A DNA stretch of 9,288 nt from Tubiluchus corallicola (lineage: Eukaryota > Animalia > Priapulida): assembly GCA_030141605.1 (NCBI GenBank), contig JAQGDQ010002202.1, forward strand, positions 1 through 9,288. Direction: 5' to 3'. Below are positions 1 to 9,093 of the stretch, piece after piece; the stretch's first letter is position 1; each line of letters opens with the position of its first letter. The notes under the pieces are model-generated. The model had not been told where the DNA came from and searched no databases. It saw only the letters and a program-made list of their open reading frames with translations. The position numbers and the translations under genes were made by a program.

Positions 1-687
1 AAACAGAAGAAATAGGCAACTGACTTGACGCTAGAAAACAGCAAGTTTCTTCCCTCATCAGCAACTTCTATAATCTGAAACAGAAAAACGGCAACTCAAA
101 CATCTTAACAATAAAATAATGGGACAAACAACTACTACTATATTTTAATTTAGTTTGATATGACTGATTCATATTAAGTTGCAAGTGAACTGCAAAATAT
201 TTTATTAAAAATTTACTTAACAATTGTTTAGCAAAATTAACAAAAACTCATAAAAACATGTATAACAGTTAATTAAATGTAATAACTCATTCTGTACGTA
301 TTCTGTGCTCATTCTCTACAAAAGTATGGACTTAATGTCTATTTCATTTGTAGATACATGTAGTAACAGCTTTTCTATATTTGCTTTAAAATGACAAAGG
401 TGGTACCTATGCAATGACACAATTAAGAAAGACACCATGTTTACAACATCTAATAACAACTAATTAACATTGGTGCGGAAACTGATGTTTGTGGCTGCAT
501 GGTGAAATGAAGACGGAGTGCCAAGAAAGGAACCGGGAATTCATAATAAGATTTATAGATACAGAGGTACCAGAAGGCAGAAATTCAAGGAAATCTGATC
601 GAAAGTTTCTTCTGGTCCTTATAATAATTGACAAACCAAAGAGGTGAGATATCAAAAATTATTATATTTTATGCACGAAATTTACAC

Positions 688-988
688 TCAAGCTCTGACG
701 TAGTTATTACGCTTTTGTATGACAGGTGAAATTTTCATTTTATCTAGCAGGTCGCTAAACATTGTTGGTGTCATTTGCTTGTAATTTAAAAAATCATTTG
801 GTCATGTCTGCTCTTAATTCTTGAAATATTTGGTAATAGCTTCCTTTTGTGTTTCTTCGTTGCAACCATTTTTAACACCCAACATTTTTTTCTATGCCTT
901 CGCTCTACCTTTACAGAAGCACATGTTGTGTGAACGTGACAAAGCATATTGGCTTATGCTTTCTAAAATTTGAATCACGAAGCGCCAT
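688..988 (-). pseudogene. Degenerate N-terminal fragment of a PIF/Harbinger (HARBI1-like) transposase, unit 1
   Basis: Minus strand across frameshifts: KVERRHRKKCWVLK / WLQRRNTKGSYYQIFQELRAD / DFLNYKQMTPTMFSDLLDKMKISPVIQKRNNYVRA*. This follows the order and spacing I recall for animal Harbinger transposase N-termini (basic stretch, WVxxWLxRR, G.Y..L..ELR..D, F.NY.RM....F..LL..I.P.I.K..T..R.A). A possible ancestral ATG is at 988. No DDE catalytic domain follows. Recognised by eye. Confidence 0.72.
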
Positions 989-1265
989 AACTAGAGAAAT
1001 CATTTACCTAATTTTTGAATACTTCCTTTGGTAAAGAAAGAGGTGAGGCACAGGGCAGAACACATTCACTCAAAGAAGTGATAAGTAAAGAAAAAGACGT
1101 TTGCGCTGCCTCTGTGATTTGACACACAGGAAACATTATTATTAACATTGTACTGTACTTCATTTTAGACTAGGAAACAAGTTGTGATTTCTACTTAAAT
1201 GTTTGGAACAAATACTGTTCTTCTCAAGTAATAGTAAGCCTATGTGAGGTTTATGCATGTAGCAC

Positions 1266-1361
1266 CTGGTAACAACTGCCATTGACCAAACAGAAGAAAT
1301 AGGCAACTGACTTGACACTCGAAAACAGCAAGTTTTTTCCCTCATCAGCAACTTCTATAAT
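1266..1361 (-). other. Candidate 96-nt coding exon or exon remnant (IIEVADEGKNLLFSSVKSVAYFFCLVNGSCYQ)
   Basis: Preceded on the minus strand by a strong acceptor GTTTTTCTGTTTCAG and followed by a weak donor CAG|GTGCTA. Open and indel-free in all copies. Variants between copies are synonymous or conservative. A partial copy lies at 1..74. Confidence 0.4.
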
Positions 1362-1974
1362 CTGAAACAGAAAAACGACAACTCAAACAATTTAACAATA
1401 AAATATTGGGACAAACAACTACTACTATATTTTAATTTAGTTTGATATGACTGATTCATATTAAGTTGTAAGTGAAGTGCAAAATATTTTATTAAAAATT
1501 AACTTAACAATTGTTTAGCAAAATTAACAACAACTCATAAAAACATGTATAACAGTTAATTAAATGTAATAACTCATTCTGTACGTATTCTGTACTCATT
1601 CTCTACAAATGTATGAACTTAATGTCTATTTCATTTGTTGATACATGTAGTAACAGCTTTTCTATATTTGCTTTAAAATGACAAAGGTGGTACCTATGCA
1701 ATGACACAATTAAGAAAGACACCATGTTTACAATATCTAATAACAACTAATTAACATTGGTGCGGAAACTGATGTTTGTGGCTGCATGGTGAAATGAAGA
1801 TGGAGCGCCAAGAAAGGAATAGGGAATTCATAATAAGATTTATAGATACACAGGTACCAGAAGGTAGAAATTCATAGAGAGCTTATAGAAAGTTTCTTCT
1901 GGTCCTTATAATAATTGACAAACCAAAGAGGTGGGATATCAAAGATTATTATATTTTATGCACGAAATTTACAC

Positions 1975-2277
1975 TCAAGCTCTGACGTAGTTATTACGCT
2001 TTTGTATGACAGGTGAAATTTTCATTTGATCTAGCTGGTCGCTAAACATTGTTGGTGTCATTTGCTTGTAATTTAAAAAAATTATTTGGTCGTGTATGCC
2101 CTCAATTCTTGAAATATGTGGTAATAGCTTCCTTTTGTGTTTCTTCATTGCAACCATTTTTAACACGCAACATTTTTTTTCTATGCCTTCTCTCTACCTT
2201 TACAGAAGCACATGTTGTGTGAACTTGGCAAAGCATATTAGCTTATGCTTTCTAAATTTTGAATCACGAAGTGCCAT
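1975..2277 (-). pseudogene. Harbinger-like transposase N-terminal remnant, unit 2
   Basis: Homologous to 688..988. It carries an extra CGA>TGA stop in WLQRR and synonymous changes GAA TTG AGG GCA (ELRA). ORF 1975..2166 is in the transposase frame at its C-terminal part (FLNYKQM...YVRA). Confidence 0.7.
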
Positions 2278-2554
2278 AACTAGAGAAATCATTTACCTAA
2301 TTTTTGAATACTTCCTTTGGTAAAGAAAGAGGTGAGGCACAGGGCAGAACACATTCACTCAAAGATGTGATAAGTAAAGAAAAAGACGTTTGCGCTGCCT
2401 CTGTGATTTGACACACAGGAAACATTATTATTAACATTGTACTGTACTTCATTTTAGACTAGGAAACAAGTTGTGATTTCTACTTAAATGTTTGGAACAA
2501 ATACTGTTCTTCTCAAGTAATAGTAAGCCTATGTAAGCTTTATGCATGTAGCAC

Positions 2555-2650
2555 CTGGTAACAACTGCCATTGACCAAACAGAAGAAATAGGCAACTGAC
2601 TTGACACTAGAAAACAGCAAGTTTTTTCCATCATCCGCAACTTCTATAAT
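2555..2650 (-). other. Candidate exon copy (IIEVADDGKNLLFSSVKSVAYFFCLVNGSCYQ)
   Basis: Same as 1266..1361, with GCT>GCG (synonymous) and E>D. Confidence 0.4.
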
Positions 2651-3064
2651 CTGAAACAGAAAAACGGCAAATCAAACATCTTAACAATAAAATATTGGGA
2701 CAAACAACTACTACAATATTTTAAGTTAGTTTGATATGACTGATTCATATTAAGTTGTAAGTGAAGTGCAAAATATTTTATTAAAAATTAACTTAACAAT
2801 TGTTTAGCAAAATTAACAACAACGCATAAAAATATGTATAACAGTTCATTACATGTAATAACTCATTCTGTACGTATTTTGTGCTCATTCTCTACAAAAG
2901 TATGGACTTACTGTCTGTTTCATTTGTAGATACATGTAGTAACAGCTTTTCTATATTTGCTTTAAAATGACAAAGGTGGTACCTATGCAATGACACAATT
3001 TAGAAAGACACCATGTTTACAACATCTAATAACATCTAATTAACTTTGGTGCGGAAACTGATGT

Positions 3065-3274
3065 TTGTGGCTGCATGGTGAAATGAAGACGGAGCGCTTA
3101 GAAAGGAATAGGGAATTCATAATAAGATTTATAGATACACAGGTACCAGAAAGTAGAAATTCAAAGAAAGCTTATAGAGAGTTTCTTCTGGTCCTTATAA
3201 TAATTGACAAACCAAAAAGGTGGGATATCAAAGATTATTATATTTTATGCACGAAATTTACACTCAAGCTCTGA
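3065..3274 (+). pseudogene. Possible internally deleted MADF/Myb-SANT-like remnant (same segment in every unit; open also at 4353..4562 and 5640..5849)
   Basis: NREFIIRFID and RNSKKAYREFL...ID resemble helices 1 and 2 of MADF domains, but the diagnostic P.LW motif between them is absent. The frame is broken by TAG in units 2 and 7 and by TGA in units 1 and 6, and starts at TTG. Convergent with the transposase remnant. Confidence 0.25.
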
Positions 3275-3566
3275 CGTAGTTGTTACGCTTTTGTATGACA
3301 GGTGAAATTTTCATTTGATCTAGCTGGTCGCTAAACATTGTTGGTGTCATTTGCTTGTAATTTAAAAAAATTATTTGGTCGTGTATGCCCTCAATTCTTG
3401 AAATATGTGGTAATAGCTTCCTTTTGTGTTTCTTCATTGCAACCATTTTTAACGCGCAACATTTTTTTTCTATGCCTTCTCTCTACCTTTACAGAAGCAC
3501 ATGTTGTGTGAACTTGGCAAAGCATATTAGCTTATGCTTTCTAAATTTTGAATCACGAAGTGCCAT
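3264..3566 (-). pseudogene. Harbinger-like transposase N-terminal remnant, unit 3
   Basis: Nearly identical to the unit 2 copy. Confidence 0.7.
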
Positions 3567-3843
3567 AACTAGAGAAATCATTTACCTAATTTTTGAATAC
3601 TTCCTTTGGTAAAGAAGGAGGTGAGGCACAGGGCAGAACACATTCACTCAAAGATGTGATAAGTAAAGAAAAAGACGTTTGCGCTGCCTCTGTGATTTGA
3701 CACACAGGAAACATTATTATTAACATTGTACTGTTCTTCATTTTAGACTAGGAAACAAGTTGTGATTTCTACTTAAATGTTTGGAACAAATACTGTTCTT
3801 CTCAAGTAATAGTAAGCCTATGTAAGCTTTATGCATGTAGCAC

Positions 3844-3939
3844 CTGGTAACAACTGCCATTGACCAAACAGAAGAAATAGGCAACTGACTTGACGCTAGA
3901 AAACAGCAAGTTTCTTCCCTCATCAGCAGCTTCTATAAT
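3844..3939 (-). other. Candidate exon copy (IIEAADEGRNLLFSSVKSVAYFFCLVNGSCYQ)
   Basis: Same segment with V>A. Acceptor intact. Confidence 0.4.
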
Positions 3940-4551
3940 CTGAAACAGAAAAATGGCAACTCAAACATCTTAACAATAAAATAATGTGACAAACAACTAC
4001 TACTATATTTTAATTTAGTTTGATATGACAGATTCATATTAAGTTGCAAGTGAACTGCAAAATATTTTATTAAAAATTTACTTAACAATTGTTTAGCAAA
4101 ATTAACAAAAACTCGTAAAAACATGTATAACAGTTAATTAAATGTAATAACTCATTCTGTACGTATTCTGTGCTCATTCTCTACAAAAGTATGGACTTAC
4201 TGTCTGTTTCATTTGTAGATACATGTAGTAACAGCTTTTCTATATTTGCTTTAAAATGACAAGGTGGTACCAATGCAATGACACAATTTAGAAAGACACC
4301 ATGTTTACAACATCTAATAACATCTAATTAACTTTGGTGCGGAAACTGATGTTTGTGGCTGCATGGTGAAATTAAGACGGAGCGCCTAGAAAGGAATAGG
4401 GAATTCATAATAAGATTTATAGATACACAGGTACCAGAAGGTAGAAATTCAAAGAAAGCTTATAGAGAGTTTCTTCTAGTCCTTATAATAATTGACAAAC
4501 CAAAGAGGTGGGATATCAAAGATTATTATATTTTATGCACGAAATTTACAC

Positions 4552-4852
4552 TCAAGCTCTGACGTAGTTATTACGCTTTTGTATGACAGGTGAAATTTTC
4601 ATTTTATCTAGCAGGTCGCTAAACATTGTTGGTGTCATTTGCTTGTAATTTAAAAAATCATTTGGTCATGTCTGCTCTTAATTCTTGAAATATTTGGTAA
4701 TAGCTTCCTTTTGTGTTTCTTCGTTGCAACCATTTTTAACACGCAACATTTTTTTCTATGCCTTCGCTCTACCTTTACAGAAGCACATGTTGTGCGAACG
4801 TGACAAAGCATATTAGCTTATGCTTTCTAAATTTTGAATCACGAAGCGCCAC
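4552..4852 (-). pseudogene. Harbinger-like transposase N-terminal remnant, unit 4
   Basis: Homologous to 688..988. The putative ATG is changed to GTG. Confidence 0.7.
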
Positions 4853-5129
4853 AACTAGAGAAATCATTTACCTAATTTTTGAATACTTCCTTTGGTAAAG
4901 AAAGAGGTGAGGCACAGGGCAGAACACATTCACTCAAAGAAGTGATAAGTAAAGAAAAAGACGTTTGTGCTGCCTCTGTGATTTGACACACAGGAAACAT
5001 TATTATTAACATTGTACTGTACTCAATTTAAGACAAGGAAACAAGTTGTGATTTCTACTTAAATGTTTGGAACAAATACTGTTCTTCTCAAGTAATAGTA
5101 AGCCTATGTAAGCTTTATGCATGTAGCAC

Positions 5130-5225
5130 CTGGTAACAACTGCCATTGACCAAACAGAAGAAATAGGCAACTGACTTGACGCTAGAAAACAGCAAGTTTC
5201 TTCCCTCATCAGCAGCTTCTATAAT
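5130..5225 (-). other. Candidate exon copy
   Basis: Same sequence as 3844..3939. Confidence 0.4.
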
Positions 5226-5838
5226 CTGAAACAGAAAAATGGCAACTCAAACATCTTAACAATAAAATAATGGGACAAACAACTACTACTATATTTTAAT
5301 TTGGTCTGATATGACTGATTCATATTAAGTTGCAAGCCAACTGCAAAATATTTTATTAAAAATTTACTTAACAATTGTTTAGCAAAATTAACAAAAACTC
5401 ATAAAAACATGTATAACAGTTAATTAAATGTAATAACTCATTCTGTACGTATTCTGTGCTCATTCTCTACAAAAGTATGGACTTAATGTCTATTTCATTT
5501 GTAGATACATGTAGTAACAGCTTTTCTGTATTTGCTTTAAAATGACAAAGGTGGTACCTATGCAATGACACAATTAAGAAAGGCACCATGTTTACAACAT
5601 CTAATAACAACTAATTAACATTGGTGCGGAAACTGATGTTTGTGGCTGCATGGTGAAATGAAGACGGAGCGCCAAGAAAGGAATAGGGAATTCATAATAA
5701 GGTTTATAGATACACAGGTACCAGTAGGTAGAAATTCAAGGAAATCTGATCAAATGTTTCTTCTGGTCCTTATAATAATTGACAAACCAAAGAGGTGGGA
5801 TATCAAAAATTATTATATTATATGCACGAAATTTACCC

Positions 5839-6139
5839 TGGAGCACTGACGTTGGTATTACTCTTTTGTATGACAGGTGAAATTTTCATTTTATCTAGCA
5901 GGTCGCTAAACATTGTTGGTGTCATTTGCCTGTAATTTAAAAAAATTCTTTGGTCGTGTCTGCTCTTAATTCTTGAAATATTTGGTAATAGCTTCCTTTG
6001 TGTTTCTTCGTTGCAACCATTTTTAACACGCTACATTTTTTTCTATGCCTTTGCTCTACCTTTACAGAAGTACATGTTGTGCAAACGTGACAAAGCATAT
6101 TAGCTTATGCTTTCTAAATTTTGAATCACGAAGCGCCAT
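5839..6139 (-). pseudogene. Harbinger-like transposase N-terminal remnant, unit 5
   Basis: Homologous to 688..988. It ends ...ISPVIQKSNTNVSAPG* instead of ...QKRNNYVRA*. Confidence 0.7.
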
Positions 6140-6416
6140 AACTAGAGAAATCATTTAATTAATTTTTGAATACTTCCTTTGGTAAAGAAAGAGGTGAGGC
6201 CCAGGGCAGAACACATTCACTCAAAGAAGTGATAAGTAAAGGAAAAGACGTTTGCACTGCCTCTGTGATTTGACACACATGAAACATTATTATTAACATT
6301 GTACTGTTCTTCATTTTAGACTAGGAAACAAGTTGTGATTTCTACTTAAATGTTTGGAACAAATACTGTTCTTCTCAAGTAATAGTAAGCCTATGTAAGC
6401 TTTATGCATGTAGCAC

Positions 6417-6512
6417 CTGGTAACAACTGCCATTGACCAAACAGAAGAAATAGGCAACTGTCTTGACGCTAGAAAACAGCAAGTTTCTTCCCTCATCAGC
6501 AGCTTCTATAAT
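6417..6512 (-). other. Candidate exon copy (S>T variant)
   Basis: As 3844..3939 with TCA>ACA. Confidence 0.4.
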
Positions 6513-7125
6513 CTGAAACAGAAAAATGGCAACTCAAACATCTTAACAATAAAATAATGTGACAAACAACTACTACTATATTTTAATTTAGTTTGATATG
6601 ACAGATTCATATTAAGTTGCAAGTGAACTGCAAAATATTTTATTAAAAATTTACTTAACAATTGTTTAGCAAAATTAACAAAAACTCATAAAAACATGTA
6701 TAACAGTTAATTAAATGTAATAACTCATTCTGTACGTATTCTGTGCTCATTCTCTACAAAAGTATGGACTTAATGTCTATTTCATTTGTAGATACATGTA
6801 GTAACAGCTTTTCTATATTTGCTTTAAAATGACAAAGGTGGTACCTATGCAATGACACAATTAAAAAAGACACCATTTTTACAACATCTAATAACAACTA
6901 ATTAACATTGGTGCGGAAACTGATGTTTGTGGCTGCATGGTGAAATGAAGACGGAGCGCCTAGAAAAGAATAGGGAATTCATAATGAGGTTTATAGATAC
7001 ACAGGTACCAGTAGGTAGAAATTCAAGGAAATCTGATCAAATGTTTCTTCTGGTCCTTATAATAATTGACAAACCAAAGAGGTGAGATATCAAAAATTAT
7101 TATATTTTATGCACGAAATTTACAC

Positions 7126-7426
7126 TCAAGCTCTGACGTAGTTATTACGCTTTTGTATGACAGGTGAAATTTTCATTTTATCTAGCAGGTCACTAAACAT
7201 TGTTGGTGTCATTTGCTTGTAATTCAAAAAATCATTTGGTCGTGTCTGCTCTCAATTCTTGAAATATTTGGTAATAGCTTCCTTTTGTGTTTCTTCGTTG
7301 CAACCATTTTTAACACCCAACATTTTTTTCTATGCCTTCGCTCTACCTTTACAGAAGCACATGTTGTGTGAACGTGGCAAAGCATATTAGCTTATGCTTT
7401 CTAAATTTTGAATCACGAAGCGCCAT
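7126..7426 (-). pseudogene. Harbinger-like transposase N-terminal remnant, unit 6
   Basis: Homologous to 688..988. Confidence 0.7.
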
Positions 7427-7703
7427 AACTAGAGAAATCATTTACCTAATTTTTGAATACTTCCTTTGGTAAAGAAAGAGGTGAGGCACAGGGCAGAACA
7501 CATTCACTCAAAGATGTGATAAGTAAAGAAAAAGACATTTGTGCTGCCTCTGTGATTTGACACACAGGAAACATTATTATAAACATTGTACTGTACTTCA
7601 TTTTAGACTAGGAAACAAGTTGTGATTTCTACTTAAATGTTTGGAACAAATACTGTTCTTCTCAAGTAATAGTAAGCCTATGTGAGGTTTATGCATTTAG
7701 CAC

Positions 7704-7799
7704 CTGGTAACAACTGCCATTGACCAAACAGAAGAAATATGCAACTGACTTGACACTCGAAAACAGCAAGTTTTTTCCCTCATCAGCAACTTCTATAAT
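7704..7799 (-). other. Candidate exon copy
   Basis: As 1266..1361 with synonymous GCC>GCA. Confidence 0.4.
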
Positions 7800-8412
7800 C
7801 TGAAACAGAAAAACGACAACTCAAACAATTTAACAATAAAATATTGGGACAAACAACTACTACTATATTTTAATTTAGTTTGATATGACTGATTCATATT
7901 AAGTTGTAAGTGAAGTGCAAAATATTTTATTAAAAATTAACTTAACAATTGTTTAGCAAAATTAACAACAACTCATAAAAACATGTATAACAGTTCATTA
8001 CATGTAATAACTCATTCTGTATGTATTCTGTGCTCATTCTCTACGAAAGTATGGACTTACTGTCTATTTCATTTGTAGATACATGTAGTAACAGCTTTTC
8101 TATATTTGCTTTAAAATGACAAAGGTGGTACCTATGCAATGACACAATTAAGAAAGACACCATGTTTACAATATCTAATAACAACTAATTAACATTGGTG
8201 CAGAAACTGATGTTTGTGGCTGCATGGTGAAATGAAGATGGAGCGCCAAGAAAGGAATAGGGAATTCATAATAAGATTTATAGATACACAGGTACCAGAA
8301 GGTAGAAATTCATAGAGAGCTTATAGAAAGTTTCTTCTGGTCCTTATAATAATTGACAAACCAAAGAGGTGGGATATCAAAGATTATTATATTTTATGCA
8401 CGAAATTTACAC

Positions 8413-8719
8413 TCAAGCTCTGACGTAGTTATTACGCTTTTGTATGACAGGTGAAATTTTCATTTTTTTTTTATCTAGCAGGTCGCTTAACATTGTTGGT
8501 GTCATTTGCTTGTAATTTAAAAAATCATTTGGTCGTGTCTGCTCTTAATTTTTAAAATATTTGGTAATAGCTTCCTTTTGTGTTTCTTCGTTGCAACCAT
8601 TTTTAACATGCAACATTTTTTTCTATGCCTTCGCTCTACCTTTACAGAAGCACATGTTGTGCGAACGTGACAAAGCATATTAGCTTATGCTTTCTAAATT
8701 TTGAATCACGAAGCGCCAT
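8413..8719 (-). pseudogene. Harbinger-like transposase N-terminal remnant, unit 7
   Basis: Homologous to 688..988, with a T4>T10 homopolymer expansion at 8463..8472. Confidence 0.7.
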
Positions 8720-8997
8720 AACTAGAGAAATCATTTAGCTAATTTTTGAATACTTCCTTTGGTAAAGAAAGAGGTCAGGCACAGGGCAGAACACATTCAC
8801 TCAAAGAAGTGATAAGTAAAGAAAAAGACGTTTGCGCTGCCTCTGTGATTTGACAGACAGGAAACATTATTATAAACATTGTACTGTACTTCATTTTAGA
8901 CTAGGAAACAAGTTGTGATTTCTACTTAAATGTTTGGAACAAATACTGTTCTTCTCAAGTAATAGTAAGCCTATGTGAGGTTTTTTGCATGTAGCAC

Positions 8998-9093
8998 CTG
9001 GTAACAACTGCCATTGACCAAACAGAAGAAATAGGCAACTGACTTGACGCTAGAAAACAGCAAGTTTCTTCCCTCATCAGCAACTTCTATAAT
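8998..9093 (-). other. Candidate exon copy (IIEVADEGRNLLFSSVKSVAYFFCLVNGSCYQ)
   Basis: Same segment. Acceptor intact. Confidence 0.4.

Noticed and set aside
179-280. Cluster of short palindromes (TTGCA-N7-TGCAA, AACAATTGTT, ACATGT, TTAATTAA)
   Set aside because: Expected in very AT-rich DNA. The stem is broken in several units without compensation.
464-655. Minus ORF MISHLFG...; FLEFLPSG faintly recalls the Harbinger LRFLATG motif
   Set aside because: Stops occur in this frame in the other units, and the similarity is too short to support.
884-916. Plus-strand polypyrimidine tract ending in TTTACAG (acceptor-like)
   Set aside because: Explained as the complement of the purine-rich codons for KVERRHRKK. 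No supported exon follows.
941-962. Hairpin AAAGCATA-N6-TATGCTTT conserved in all units
   Set aside because: Short AT-rich 8-bp stem with no covariation, expected by chance. Not a terminator or a Helitron-type GC-rich hairpin.
1008-1111. Exon-like minus segment between TCACAG| and |GTAAAT
   Set aside because: All three frames contain a stop. The donor GT is destroyed in units 5 and 7.
1168-1173. Minus-strand CTAG|TC as a Helitron head-to-tail junction explaining the tandem array
   Set aside because: No GC-rich subterminal hairpin, mutated in unit 4, and a 6-mer is uninformative.
1160-1351. Recurrent minus ORF MREETCCF...FPSLK (also at 2449, 3738, 5006, 6311)
   Set aside because: It recurs only because the DNA is repeated. 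No recognisable domain. The silent-change pattern favours a different overlapping frame, and the unit 7 copy has a +1 indel.
1266-1361. Ankyrin-repeat identity for the 32-aa peptide (DEGRNLLF resembles D..G.TPLH)
   Set aside because: Spacing of the later G and LL positions does not fit the 33-aa ankyrin consensus. It would need an HMM hit.
2096-2323. Plus ORF MPSILEICG...YFLW (also 3385..3612)
   Set aside because: Antisense shadow of the transposase remnant. Present in only two units because of a private ATG and homopolymer length.
3933-4124. Minus ORF MFLRVFVN...
   Set aside because: AT-rich chance ORF reported in one unit only.
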